Part shown: one piece after another, positions 18,328-28,336 of the stretch | How the letters are laid out: every line of letters begins with the position of its first letter | Numbering within the stretch: position 1 is the first letter of the stretch | Origin: an uncultured Acidobacteriaceae bacterium | Lineage (GTDB): Bacteria; Acidobacteriota; Terriglobia; Terriglobales; Acidobacteriaceae | Direction: 5' to 3' | Length of the DNA stretch: 64,000 nucleotides | Assembly (NCBI GenBank): GCA_963782835.1 | Contig: CAWALR010000027.1 | Coordinates: 75,570-139,569 of the forward strand | Position numbers and translations under genes: made by a program | Notes under the pieces: model-generated | Databases searched by the model: none | What the model was told of the DNA's origin: nothing | What the model saw: only the letters and a program-made list of their open reading frames with translations

Positions 18328-19964
18328 GGCTTCTCCGGTTCACGCACCTCGAGGAACTGGTCGGCGTGAACATCATTCAAAGTTTGGTGCATGCCCGAGG
18401 GCCAGGCGATTTCCACTTTTGCTTTGTCCGCCGTGCCCAACCCGAAATGCAGGCGTTTGTCGCTGGCTGAAAGGTATCCGCAGGTCGATGTTGCAAATCG
18501 TGTCTGTCCATTCACCTGCACCTTCGCGCCGAATCCATCCCGGTTGCTGCGAGTGCCGCGGAGAGTAATGGTCAGCCAGTGAGCCTTGCCGCCGCGATTC
18601 ATAAACGCCTGGGGATGCCCGCCCAGCGTGGTCACCACCACGTCCTGCCATCCATCATTATTCAAGTCGCCGAACGCGGCCCCACGCGCGGCCACCGGTA
18701 CCGTACTTCCGGAATTGACACTCTCGAACCGTCCATTGTGATTCATTGCCAGCAGTGGAAGTTGAAGATAGTGAAGCGAAGGATCGATTTCCTCCACGTT
18801 GTCCAACACATGAGCTTGCGCGACGAATAGATCTTTCCATCCGTCATTATCGAAGTCCTCCAGGCCAAAGCTCCAGCCTGAGCTTCCACTCGTAAGCGCC
18901 CCCAGCCCAGTTTCGAGACTGTGATAGGTGAACGATCCATCGCCATCGTTGTGGTAGACGCCGTAAATCTCCCGCGGCAGCAAAGTCACCATGATGTCGG
19001 GCCGGCCATCGTTATCGTAGTCTTGAAAAACTACGCCCATGCCGGACATTCGCCGCCCATCTTCAGAAAGCGCCGCGCCGGCTTCGAGCCCAACTTCGCT
19101 GAAAGTACCGTTGCCGTTATTGTGATAGAGGTATTGTTGCATTCCATCGTTCGATACAAATATGTCAGTGAATCCGTCGCCATCGTAGTCGGCGAATCCT
19201 ACTCCCAACGCGCGCCCTTTCTTCGCCGCAATGCCGGAGCGCTGGCTCACATCGGTAAATGTTCCATCGCCGTTGTTGTGATAAAGAATGTTAGTCGTAG
19301 CAGGGAACTCTTCCGGCGGACAATAAGTATGGTAATTGCCGCCGCAATCCTTATTATGTTTCGTGTCCCACTCCATGTACCGGGTTACAAAAAGATCCAG
19401 CTTCCCGTCGTTATCGTAGTCAAAAAATCCGGCTGACTCCGACCAGCCGCCGCCGGCAACTCCTGCTTTCTCCGTCACATCGGTAAAAGTGCCGTCCCCA
19501 TTGTTGTGATACAGGATGTTCTTTCCGTAATTCGTGACATAAAGATCAGGGTAGCCATCGTTATCGTAGTCGCCCACGGCGACTCCCATGCCATAATCCC
19601 CATCCGCGACCTTCGCCAATCCCGCTTGCTCCGTCACGTCCGTAAAGCTTCCGTCTTTGTTCTGGCGGTACAGTCGATTCCAATACTTCGGATCGTGACG
19701 ATCGAAGTTCTCCGGCGTTTGCATCGGGCTGCTGACATGTCCGCCGTTCACGAAAAAAATATCCAGCAACCCGTCGTTGTTGTAGTCGAGCAGAGCCACT
19801 CCGCCGGGCATGGTCTCGATCAGATATTTTTGCGGAGTGGGAGAATTCTGCAACGTGAAATCTATACCGCGAGGCAGTATGACATCGAAAACCGGAGACA
19901 CGGGGCCTTCCCCCGCCAGCACAAGGGCCAAAATACAAGACACGCGCAACCAAGTGGTCAGCAA
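18324..19964 (-). CDS. CRTAC1-family FG-GAP/VCBS repeat protein with ASPIC/UnbV C-terminal domain
   Basis: Contains repeated DYDNDGxxDLFV / NNGDGTFTDV FG-GAP motifs and a C-terminal UnbV-like segment (GYLSASDKRLHFGLG). Confidence 0.8.
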   Translation of the reverse strand: MLTTWLRVSCILALVLAGEGPVSPVFDVILPRGIDFTLQNSPTPQKYLIETMPGGVALLDYNNDGLLDIFFVNGGHVSSPMQTPENFDRHDPKYWNRLYRQNKDGSFTDVTEQAGLAKVADGDYGMGVAVGDYDNDGYPDLYVTNYGKNILYHNNGDGTFTDVTEKAGVAGGGWSESAGFFDYDNDGKLDLFVTRYMEWDTKHNKDCGGNYHTYCPPEEFPATTNILYHNNGDGTFTDVSQRSGIAAKKGRALGVGFADYDGDGFTDIFVSNDGMQQYLYHNNGNGTFSEVGLEAGAALSEDGRRMSGMGVVFQDYDNDGRPDIMVTLLPREIYGVYHNDGDGSFTYHSLETGLGALTSGSSGWSFGLEDFDNDGWKDLFVAQAHVLDNVEEIDPSLHYLQLPLLAMNHNGRFESVNSGSTVPVAARGAAFGDLNNDGWQDVVVTTLGGHPQAFMNRGGKAHWLTITLRGTRSNRDGFGAKVQVNGQTRFATSTCGYLSASDKRLHFGLGTADKAKVEIAWPSGMHQTLNDVHADQFLEVREPEKP

Positions 19965-20095
19965 CTTAAAGGTCCTTCAGTCGAGCAGGATATCGCGTCC
20001 GTTAGCACTCCGCACAGTTGCCAGCGTTCTTCCCCAATCATGCGTTCTGGCGATGACTTGAACCATTCTAGTAAACAGGTTCCGTGAGTGGGCGC

Positions 20096-21106
20096 TTATG
20101 CCTCTCGCCGCGTCGATTCCCGTTCCACGAGCTTCGGCGGAATCAGTATCGTCTGGGGTCGCATCGCGTGCTTCGATCCAATGCGCGCGATTAGAAGTTC
20201 CGCTGCCATGATTCCGATTTTGCAAGTTCCCTGGTCGATCGTAGTCAGCGGCACCGCCAGCACGTCCGAGTAGTGGACATTGCCAGCGCCAACCACGGCA
20301 ACGTCGGCGGGCAGTTTCAGTCCCGCCTGCAGAATCGCCCTCATCGCTCCTATAGCGACCGGATCGTTGTAGCAGAAGACGCCGTCCAGCAGTGGGTGGA
20401 CCTCGAGCAAGCTTCGCATGCCCTCATATCCGGTGTCGTCGCCGTGGCCACCCGCGACAACGTAGCGTGCGTCGGAGCGAAGTCCGCTTTTCAATATCGC
20501 GCGGCGATAGCCTTCGAATCTTTCGTTGCCGATTCCTACTTCGGGACCGCGCAGATGGCCTATGCGGCTGCAGCCTCGCTCGATCAAATGCTCTGTCGCT
20601 AACTTGCCGATCGCCCGATTATCCACTCCCACAAAGCACGCCCGCAAACCACAGATAGGACGGTCGATCAGAACATACGGCGTGCTCCTCTCTTGCACCT
20701 TCCGGAACATCGCCAAGTGTCGCGGTGGCTGCGAGGAGGCGATGATTAATCCGTCCACCTGGCGAGCCAGCAGGGACTCGGCTTCGCTTGCCTCCAACTC
20801 AGGATTCTCCTCAAACGATGAGATTACAACATGATAGCCGTGTGGCCGGACTGTCCGGGCCACCGCGCGCGCAATCTCGGCGAAGAATGGATGTGCGAAT
20901 TCCGGCAGCAGCAACCCAATCGTGTAGGTACGCCGGGTAACCAGGCTGCGCGCCACCCAATTCATCTGATAATGGAGTTCTTTGGCGCGCCGCAGGACTC
21001 GCTTGCGCGTCGCCTCGCTGATTCGGCCTTGGTTTCGCAGGACTTTCGAGACCGTCACCACTGAGACCTTGAGGTCTCTTGCGATGTCCATCATGGTCGC
21101 GGGCAT
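20096..21106 (-). CDS. LacI-family transcriptional regulator
   Basis: The N-terminal HTH (MMDIARDLKVSVVTVSKVLRNQGRIS) is followed by a periplasmic-binding-protein-like sugar-binding fold. It is divergent from the TonB-dependent receptor gene. Confidence 0.85.
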   Translation of the reverse strand: MPATMMDIARDLKVSVVTVSKVLRNQGRISEATRKRVLRRAKELHYQMNWVARSLVTRRTYTIGLLLPEFAHPFFAEIARAVARTVRPHGYHVVISSFEENPELEASEAESLLARQVDGLIIASSQPPRHLAMFRKVQERSTPYVLIDRPICGLRACFVGVDNRAIGKLATEHLIERGCSRIGHLRGPEVGIGNERFEGYRRAILKSGLRSDARYVVAGGHGDDTGYEGMRSLLEVHPLLDGVFCYNDPVAIGAMRAILQAGLKLPADVAVVGAGNVHYSDVLAVPLTTIDQGTCKIGIMAAELLIARIGSKHAMRPQTILIPPKLVERESTRREA

Positions 21107-21176
21107 GACCGGGAAGCATACCACCAATTCGGAGGGTTAACGATTATTCAAATGGGAATCATGCATTTTATTCTTG

Positions 21177-21187
21177 ACAACGGTTGT
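21177..21187. promoter_or_regulatory. Candidate LacI-type operator half-palindrome overlapping a TTGACA hexamer
   Basis: ACAAC-G-GTTGT is centred on a CG-like core, within TTGACAACGGTTGTAGA. TTGACA lies at 21174-21179, in the divergent intergenic region. Confidence 0.25.
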
Positions 21188-21251
21188 AGACGTGTTCAAG
21201 AATCCGGGCGCAATCACATTTAAGGAATTCCTGTATCTGAAAGAGGCAACT

Positions 21252-24200
21252 ATGTCGTTGCGCAGGCTCTCGATCCTTTTAGTTTCGATAGGTTTGGTTT
21301 TCTCCGTCTCGCTCTCTCTCTACGGCCAAAGCACCTACGGTTCGGTCTCTGGATCGGTCTCCGATACTTCAGGCGCCATCGTTACCGACGCCACCGTGAC
21401 CTTGACCAACCTGGGCACGGCGGAAAAGCGCACCCAATCGAGCGGCAGCGATGGAATCTTCACGTTTGTGAACTTATTCCCCGGCCAGTACAAGATTGAT
21501 GTTGAAAAACAGGGATTCAAGCACTTCGTCCGCGCTGACGTGACGGTGCAGGTGCAGCAGGACACGCATATTGCCGCCGCGCTTCAAGTGGGCGAGGTCA
21601 GCCAGGTCGTCGAAGTGACAGGCGAGACGCCGCTCTTGCAAACTGAATCCTCAGCACTCGGCCAGGTGGTCGAACAGCGCAAGGCCGACGAACTCCCACT
21701 CAATGGTCGCAACATCTTTAATCTCATCACTGTCTCACCCGCCGCCGTTGCACAAGGCGGCTCCGGCGGATCGCCCGTCGGCCAGAACCCCTTCAGTTGG
21801 GGCAACTACCAGGTCGGCGGCTCCTTCGCCAATCAGGGTGCAGAGTATCTGGATGGTCAACCCCTGAATATCGGCTACATCAACCTGCCCATCATCATTC
21901 CGACTCAGGATTCCATCGGCGAATTCAAGGTGCAATATAACGATCAGGGCGCTGAATGGGGTAAGTTCTCAGGCGGCGTGGTAAACCTAAGCACCAAATC
22001 CGGAACCAACAGTTGGCACGGCTCTGCCTATGAGTATTTCCGCAACGCAGTGCTGAATGCGAATGAATACTTTAACAAGGGATCGGAGATCGCCGCTGGC
22101 AAATCGAACACCCCTCCACCGTGGACCCAGAACCAGTATGGGTTTCAGGTTGGCGGCCCCGTTATTAAGAATAAAACATTCTTTTATGTCAGCTGGGAAC
22201 AGTACCGCCAAAGGACAGGATCGCCTTTCACTACAAGCGTTCCAGCAGCAGGGATGACGACCGGTAATTTCTCGGCGTTATGTCCGGGCGGCTTTACCGG
22301 ACCAGTGGTAGATGGAATTGCTACTTGCGGCAACCCCGCAGGTCAGATTTACGATCCTCTCAGTACCGACACCCATGGAAATCGAACGCCTTATGCGGGA
22401 AACATTATTCCAGCCTCCGAGTTCAGCAAGGCGGCGGGCATACTGTTGGCGAAATATTACCCTGCGGCCAACCAGGCCGGTACGGTCAATAATTACCTGA
22501 GTGCAGCGCCTGCCGGCGGGAACACCAACGAGTTTGTTGCGCGCGGCGATCAGAACGTTGGCAGCAACACCCACGTGTTCGGCAGATTCGCCTACTTTGG
22601 ATTGACTGACTTGGCTGTAAATCCGCTAGGCACGGGCCTGTGCCTGGATCGCTGCGCCGAGCTTTATCACACCAAGGCGCTTGCTATCGGTGTGAACCAT
22701 GCCTTTACACCAACCACCATTCTCGACGTGAACCTTGCGGCTAGCCGGTTTGTCTACGGCCGGACTCCACTTCTGAATGGTTTCGATCTAACCAGCCTCG
22801 GCTGGCCGTCAACGTATAACAGTCCCCCCAGTACCATGCGGACTCCGCCAACCCCGGAAACCAACTTGCCGAATGATGTTGGCCACACCCAAGGCAACAG
22901 TGCCATCGGAGATCACAACACGCAGTACAACCTAAGTCCCCAACTCACGATGATTCGTGGCAAGCACAGCATTCAGGTTGGCGGGCAATACGAACTTGGA
23001 TTGGATAATTACTTCCAAACCAACATCGCCAGCGGTGCATTCGGTTTCCAAGGAAACTGGACATCTTCAGCTCCCAACGCTACGGACGGCTCGGGATTTG
23101 CGTTCGCTGACTTCCTGTTGGGCTTGGCATTGAACCAAGGTACGTTCGCCGGGAACCAGAGCGAAGGCATAGCACAGGTACCTGCGCAAACCAAAGGCAA
23201 ACAGACCTACCGCGCCTTGTACGTCGAGGATACCTGGCACGTGACGCCGAAGTTCACTGCGAGCTTGGGACTGCGCTATGAACTGCCCGGAACGTGGTCG
23301 GAAGCCTACAACCGGCTTTCCTATTGGGATCCCAAAACGACCAACGCAACTGTGACTGGTTGTTCCGGAACGCCTGGATCAGCCTGTCCCGGAGACGCAA
23401 TGTATGTGGGGACAGGACCCAATACGACGGATAACAATTTGCCGCTCGATAAAAAGGCATTTTCTCCACGAATTGGTTTTGTCTTCTCTCCTGACCAAAA
23501 GACGGTGGTTCGCGCCGGTTACGGTGTTTTCTTCATTCCGAACTACGTCTCATTTGCCCTCAATCCGGACAATGACGTGATTAATCTTGCCGCCACCGAC
23601 TTCACGGCCTCGACTGACGGCTATATCACTCCGGCGTCCAATTTGGACGGTGCCGACTGCTCGTTCGGTGGTGGCACCGGAGTGTTCGCGCCGCGCGGGA
23701 CTAATGGGTTTACCTGCGCCCAATCAGGCCCATTTGGCAATGCTGGGATTCTGCTGCCGCCGGGACGTAATGCAGCCCCGACTCTGTCCAGCTTCGTAGC
23801 CGCAAACGGCAGCCCCGGGCTTGCTCCTTACTACGGATATGGGAATGAGGGGCCAAAATACGGATACGTCGAGCAATGGAATTTCGACATCCAGCGGCAA
23901 CTTCCGGCTGGGTTCTTCGCGGATGTCGCGTACGCCGGTTCCCACGGTGTTCATCTGCAGCAATATCAGACGAATATCGATCAAATCCCCGATAGCTTCG
24001 CTGCGACGGCGCAGGGCCAGTTCAATACGGCCCTTGCGGGCCCCTGCAGCGGCAGCGCCGACCCCACCACGTGCGCGAATGGCTTCGTCACGATTGACCA
24101 ATCGATTACGAATCCGCTAAAAGGCTCTACCAATACCACCATAGGTGCCGCCAGCATTTTTGCTGGCCAGTTGGATCGGCCCTATCCCGAATATAACGGC

Positions 24201-25022
24201 CTGAACCTGAACGGTTACGGGTGCTGCAGTAGCAATTACAACTCCCTGCAGGCCAGCGTGACCCGAAGGTTCCAGGGCGGTGGCACCCTGCTTGTGGCTT
24301 ACACCAACGCTAAGCTGATGAGCAACACAGATACCTTGACCAGTTGGCTCGAAGGCAACACCGGCGGTGTCGGCTCGGTCCAAGACTGGAACAACCTGAA
24401 GGGAGAACGGTCTCTCTCCTCGCAAGATATTTCCCAAAGGTTAGTGATCAGCTACGTCCTCGATCTTCCTTTCGGCAAAGGAAAAGCTTTCGCTAACAGC
24501 CTCAATGGAATCGCGAACGGCGCCGTTTCCGGCTGGGGCGTCGATGGCATCACCACTTTCCAACGCGGCTTCCCACTCAAAATCACTTGGGCAGGTGCCT
24601 CCACCTCTTTGGAGTCCGCCAGTCTGGGCGTCGCCAATGTCAGACCTGACGTGATTCCGGGGTGCGATCTGAAAGCTGGCGGCGGCAACATCAACCACTG
24701 GTTCAACACCAATTGCTTTGCAGCTCCTCCGCAGTGGGGGTTCGGAACCGAAGCTCGGGTTGATCCGGTCCTCCGCGGGCCTGGCATCGACAACTTTGAC
24801 TTCGCTATTTTCAAGAGAACCAAGGTCACGGAAAGACTCGGCATCGAGTTCCGGACGGAGTTCTTCAACCTATTCAATCACCCGTATTTCAATATTTCAG
24901 GAGCAACCGGCTACAACGGAACTCCGACAGGAAACGGTTTCGGTCAGATTACGAGTACCGTGGGAGCCGGTGTAGCCTCACCAGAACGGTTGATTCAGTT
25001 TGCTTTGAAATTTGTCTTCTAA
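21252..25022 (+). CDS. TonB-dependent outer-membrane receptor with N-terminal carboxypeptidase-regulatory-like domain
   Basis: A signal peptide is followed by a CarboxypepD_reg-like segment (GSVSDTSGAIVTDATVTLTN...FPGQYKI), a plug region, a very long beta-barrel, and a terminal aromatic residue (...FALKFVF). Confidence 0.85.
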   Translation: MSLRRLSILLVSIGLVFSVSLSLYGQSTYGSVSGSVSDTSGAIVTDATVTLTNLGTAEKRTQSSGSDGIFTFVNLFPGQYKIDVEKQGFKHFVRADVTVQVQQDTHIAAALQVGEVSQVVEVTGETPLLQTESSALGQVVEQRKADELPLNGRNIFNLITVSPAAVAQGGSGGSPVGQNPFSWGNYQVGGSFANQGAEYLDGQPLNIGYINLPIIIPTQDSIGEFKVQYNDQGAEWGKFSGGVVNLSTKSGTNSWHGSAYEYFRNAVLNANEYFNKGSEIAAGKSNTPPPWTQNQYGFQVGGPVIKNKTFFYVSWEQYRQRTGSPFTTSVPAAGMTTGNFSALCPGGFTGPVVDGIATCGNPAGQIYDPLSTDTHGNRTPYAGNIIPASEFSKAAGILLAKYYPAANQAGTVNNYLSAAPAGGNTNEFVARGDQNVGSNTHVFGRFAYFGLTDLAVNPLGTGLCLDRCAELYHTKALAIGVNHAFTPTTILDVNLAASRFVYGRTPLLNGFDLTSLGWPSTYNSPPSTMRTPPTPETNLPNDVGHTQGNSAIGDHNTQYNLSPQLTMIRGKHSIQVGGQYELGLDNYFQTNIASGAFGFQGNWTSSAPNATDGSGFAFADFLLGLALNQGTFAGNQSEGIAQVPAQTKGKQTYRALYVEDTWHVTPKFTASLGLRYELPGTWSEAYNRLSYWDPKTTNATVTGCSGTPGSACPGDAMYVGTGPNTTDNNLPLDKKAFSPRIGFVFSPDQKTVVRAGYGVFFIPNYVSFALNPDNDVINLAATDFTASTDGYITPASNLDGADCSFGGGTGVFAPRGTNGFTCAQSGPFGNAGILLPPGRNAAPTLSSFVAANGSPGLAPYYGYGNEGPKYGYVEQWNFDIQRQLPAGFFADVAYAGSHGVHLQQYQTNIDQIPDSFAATAQGQFNTALAGPCSGSADPTTCANGFVTIDQSITNPLKGSTNTTIGAASIFAGQLDRPYPEYNGLNLNGYGCCSSNYNSLQASVTRRFQGGGTLLVAYTNAKLMSNTDTLTSWLEGNTGGVGSVQDWNNLKGERSLSSQDISQRLVISYVLDLPFGKGKAFANSLNGIANGAVSGWGVDGITTFQRGFPLKITWAGASTSLESASLGVANVRPDVIPGCDLKAGGGNINHWFNTNCFAAPPQWGFGTEARVDPVLRGPGIDNFDFAIFKRTKVTERLGIEFRTEFFNLFNHPYFNISGATGYNGTPTGNGFGQITSTVGAGVASPERLIQFALKFVF

Positions 25023-25028
25023 AAATCT

Positions 25029-25055
25029 CCGGGCCAGGACATGCTCCTGGCCCGG
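25029..25055 (+). terminator. Hairpin downstream of the receptor gene (weak U-tract)
   Basis: CCGGGCCAGGA-catgc-TCCTGGCCCGG forms an 11-bp perfect stem 7 nt after the stop codon. The following sequence is AATATTCTCT. Confidence 0.5.
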
Positions 25056-25139
25056 AATATTCTCTGCAAAAATGCTGGCCGTGAGGCCAGCATTATTTTT
25101 TCGTCTCTAACTCGCCAAGCCAGTTATTCTTTCTGTGCC

Positions 25140-25559
25140 ATGCGAACCCTCCACACGCTCGACTATTCCGAAGCCCGCCGCGCGGCAGATCTCATCATCG
25201 AAAAAGCCTCGCAGATGCAGAAGGCTGTTGTGGTGGCCATTGCCGACTCACACGGCGACCTCGTCTGCCTCGCCCGCATGGATGGCGCTCCTGTCTCCTC
25301 CATCCGGGTGGCTACGAATAAGGCTTGGACCGCGGCTCGCGAGCGCAAGCCGACCAAAGAAATCGGAGAGAAGGTCAAGCATCCGGAAAAAGGCCATGAC
25401 ATTGTCTACTACGGCGATCCGAACTATGTCGGCTGGGGCGGCGGCATTCCCGTCTGGAAAGATGGCGAAGTCGTCGGAGCCGTCGCGGTAAGCGGCCTGT
25501 CATCGACTGAAGACATTGCTCTTGCCATGCTGGGCGTGGAACTTATCACTGGCGCTTAG
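25140..25559 (+). CDS. GlcG/HbpS-family (DUF336) heme-binding protein
   Basis: Typical of DUF336: AVVVAIADSHGDLV, SIRVATNKAWTAA, GGGIPVWKDGEVVGAVAVSGLSS. Confidence 0.75.
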   Translation: MRTLHTLDYSEARRAADLIIEKASQMQKAVVVAIADSHGDLVCLARMDGAPVSSIRVATNKAWTAARERKPTKEIGEKVKHPEKGHDIVYYGDPNYVGWGGGIPVWKDGEVVGAVAVSGLSSTEDIALAMLGVELITGA

Positions 25560-25662
25560 AAAGCTTCCAATCCCAGGCCTGTTCGGTTTTCGTAACACAA
25601 TTCACTTTTCCGCGTCGCTAACCAAATTTGGTGAAAAACTGAACGACAACTGAGGGGGATAA

Positions 25663-25827
25663 GTGGATCCGAAGGACTGCCCGCGCTGCGGCGGTACCGG
25701 ATATGTTGCCAAGCCCGTGGACAGTAGTGATGGGTCCGAGGGCATCGCGTTTATCCGAGTGAAGTGTCCGGCCTGCGCGGGGAGTGAACGGAAAAACTCA
25801 ATTCCACCTGCTACAACTGCGGGCTGA
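25663..25827 (+). CDS. Small (54 aa) zinc-ribbon protein with a DnaJ-like CxxCxGxG motif; too short for the ORF track
   Basis: A GTG start lies 4 nt after GAGGGGGA. The translation is VDPKDCPRCGGTGYVAKPVDSSDGSEGIAFIRVKCPACAGSERKNSIPPATTAG, with two CxxC pairs. Confidence 0.35.
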   Translation: MDPKDCPRCGGTGYVAKPVDSSDGSEGIAFIRVKCPACAGSERKNSIPPATTAG

Positions 25828-25941
25828 CCGCACGGCCTGTGGTGCTTGCGAAAACGTACGAGCCCGGCGCCATCATCTTTCCCGCCCTGAAGAGATGGTC
25901 CGGGCTCGACGTTCCTATCTCGGTCAAATACTTGTGGACCG

Positions 25942-27228
25942 CTACCCGCCGGCAGCTTTGCTGCGGCTTCGTCGCCTCGGGGAGGAAGCCGTTTCGATCC
26001 TGTTCCGTCCTCCGGCTTTCGCGCGGTAGAGCGCTTTATCGGCTGCCTGTACCACTTCATCAGTCGCCAGACTCTCGTCGCTGCAACTAGCCACTCCAAT
26101 GCTCGCTGTAACTGAAAGTTCAGTGGGCGCCTCGCCTCGTGTCAGTTGCCGGATGGCGAGGCCGGCTTGCGCGCGTCCACGGGCCCGCGGATTACGGCGA
26201 TCCGCACCGCGCGCCTCCTGTCGGCGGTCGCTCCCACGAAGTCGAAAGCTGCTGGCTTCGATGCTCTCGCGCAATTGTTCCAGATGATCCACAACGTCTG
26301 TAGTAGCTTTTCCGGGGAAGACGACGGCAAATTCTTCTCCGCCGCAACGGTAAGCTTGTCCCCCGCCCGTTACGCGCGCCAGCCGTGACGCGACCATGCG
26401 CAGCACCTGATCTCCCGTGTCATGACCGTAAGTGTCATTGCATCGCTTGAAGTGATCGATGTCGACCATCGCGATCGAATAAGGTGGTTGCAGGCGTAGC
26501 AGCGCTTCGTGAAAAGCGCGCCGCGAAGGTAGAGTGGTCAGCTCGTCGTGGTAAGCCAGCAAGTATGAAGTTTCAACCATCGAGACTGCCAGGATGAATG
26601 CTGCCGTGGCAAAGTAAGCGGAGGGGATGTGTCCCGCGCCTCCGAAGCGGAGTGCCAGGAATGAAGCGCCCAATGCCCAGAGCAGTCCGCTCTCAGCTGG
26701 CTTCCGGAAAAGCAGGAATCGAATGAGCAGCACGATTCCAGCGAGTGCGAAAGCAATGACGATGGCAAACGGCAAAGGCTGCTCCACCGGAGGATGGTGC
26801 AACGCGTGCCGTGCCGTCGTTTCCAGCCCATGAGGCCGGCACAGTACGGCTACCACCACCGACTCGACGAACAACAACAAGGCGGGGGGTGCGATGTTCG
26901 AGAAGGTGAATCCCTTTTCTTGCGTGACGGAGAGCAGCACAAAGTCCAGCGGCAACAGCAATCCTACCGCTGCCACAGCAATGGTTCCCATTCCGGCGCT
27001 GGCGGGATGACCCCAAGAAAAATAGGAGAGTGCCCGTTCAGCGAGGAACAGAACCAGCAGCGCAAAGAAGATGCGGCTGGAGTGGAATCGCCACGCAAAC
27101 AGAAGTCCTGCGATCAACGCCGCGTACACGGCGAAGGTGATGAGCGCGGCGCTTGGCGTCACCAGTCCTGTATGCAACAGGATCGCGACAGCCACAATCC
27201 AGATGCTCGGAGTGAGCAATGACTTCAT
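25942..27228 (-). CDS. Membrane-anchored diguanylate cyclase (GGDEF)
   Basis: About 6 N-terminal TM helices are followed by a GGDEF domain with RCGGEEF and a DTGDQVL-type upstream segment. Confidence 0.85.
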   Translation of the reverse strand: MKSLLTPSIWIVAVAILLHTGLVTPSAALITFAVYAALIAGLLFAWRFHSSRIFFALLVLFLAERALSYFSWGHPASAGMGTIAVAAVGLLLPLDFVLLSVTQEKGFTFSNIAPPALLLFVESVVVAVLCRPHGLETTARHALHHPPVEQPLPFAIVIAFALAGIVLLIRFLLFRKPAESGLLWALGASFLALRFGGAGHIPSAYFATAAFILAVSMVETSYLLAYHDELTTLPSRRAFHEALLRLQPPYSIAMVDIDHFKRCNDTYGHDTGDQVLRMVASRLARVTGGGQAYRCGGEEFAVVFPGKATTDVVDHLEQLRESIEASSFRLRGSDRRQEARGADRRNPRARGRAQAGLAIRQLTRGEAPTELSVTASIGVASCSDESLATDEVVQAADKALYRAKAGGRNRIETASSPRRRSRSKAAGG

Positions 27229-27447
27229 CGACGTTGGGCCCGGAAGATCATCGTTTCCGCGATCACTCGATTATCTCTGGACCACGGGTCTGAGAGTAAT
27301 TGACCGGGAGGGTTCGAACCCAAGCGCGGGTGCCCGTCCTTGTCTCCGCGCTTTTTGCAGAGACAGGGCGGTGATTTTGAACCTGGCGGTTGCGGCGTGA
27401 CCCTGTCGGCCTTTTTCCTCGCCGTCCCGAGGGAGTGTTTGGACCCA

Positions 27448-28311
27448 TCACTTCGGAAGGCTCTGTATAAACTCTTCCACCACATGGTTGAACTTCTCCG
27501 GATCATCCACGAACAGGGCGTGGCCGTCGCCGCCGAAAAGCTCCAGCCGGAGTTTGTCGCCGAGCTTCAATTTCAGGTAGTCGGCGCTCTGTTGCGATTC
27601 CGGTTGATAGGTGAAGAGCACCGGGCGATTCATCCGGGCGAGTCCGGGTGAGAAATCCTTTACGGCGATCATGTCGTAGATCAGGAGAGCCGCGGTATCG
27701 GAGGGAACCTGAGTGGAGGCGTCGATGACGCGCTTCAGGTAATCCTCAGATTGCGGTTTCTTGTACATGCTGCGGACAAAACCGTCGGCCTGCTTCTGGC
27801 GATCCTCCTGGAGTTGGTTCATCCATTCCGAGATGGGGACGAACAGATCGCTGGGCTTGTCCGTTACAAAACCGTCGACCAAGACGAACCCGGCAACGTT
27901 ATCGCTCCCGAATTGTTCGGCGTACTTGATGAGCTCGCCGCACGCCATCGACCAGCCAACGAGCACCGGCTTCTTCAATGCAAGTTGGTCGACGAGCTCT
28001 TTGTAGTCGCGGGAGCGGGTTTCGGGCAAGTGGCCGTAGGGCGGCTTGTCGCTCTCGCCCTGCGAACGCGGATCGACGGCGATGACGTGGTAGTGCTTCG
28101 AGAATTCGTCAATTTGCTTTTGCCAGATCCATGCGGGCATGGTCCAGCCCGGAATGAAAACGATGGTCCGGCCGCTTCCAGCCTCGACGTAGTGAATCCG
28201 CACGCCATCGGAAGTTTTGAAAAATCCGTCTTTCGTTGCCTGCGCAATGACAGCCTGAGCATTCAACACCGACACAACGCACAGCAGGATTAGGGCGAGT
28301 CTGGTTCTCAT
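27448..28311 (-). CDS. Secreted alpha/beta-fold hydrolase
   Basis: Has a signal peptide, an oxyanion-region IVFIPGW, the nucleophile-elbow-like VLVGWSMACG, and a C-terminal GDGHALFVDDPEKF. Confidence 0.75.
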   Translation of the reverse strand: MRTRLALILLCVVSVLNAQAVIAQATKDGFFKTSDGVRIHYVEAGSGRTIVFIPGWTMPAWIWQKQIDEFSKHYHVIAVDPRSQGESDKPPYGHLPETRSRDYKELVDQLALKKPVLVGWSMACGELIKYAEQFGSDNVAGFVLVDGFVTDKPSDLFVPISEWMNQLQEDRQKQADGFVRSMYKKPQSEDYLKRVIDASTQVPSDTAALLIYDMIAVKDFSPGLARMNRPVLFTYQPESQQSADYLKLKLGDKLRLELFGGDGHALFVDDPEKFNHVVEEFIQSLPK

Positions 28312-28336
28312 GTGCTTCTCCTTATTCTATGAAGCT

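Noticed and set aside
25602-26099. A 165-aa minus-strand ORF overlapping the 3' end of the GGDEF gene and the small zinc-ribbon ORF.
   Set aside because: It has low-complexity, Pro/Gly/Arg-rich composition and no RBS or motif. It also conflicts with the well-supported diguanylate cyclase stop region.
27310-27321. A T-loop-like sequence, GGGTTCGAACCC, that looked like a tRNA fragment between the GGDEF and hydrolase genes.
   Set aside because: The flanking bases do not form a T-stem on either strand (GGAGG vs CCAAG), and there is no acceptor or anticodon arm. It is just a 12-bp palindrome.
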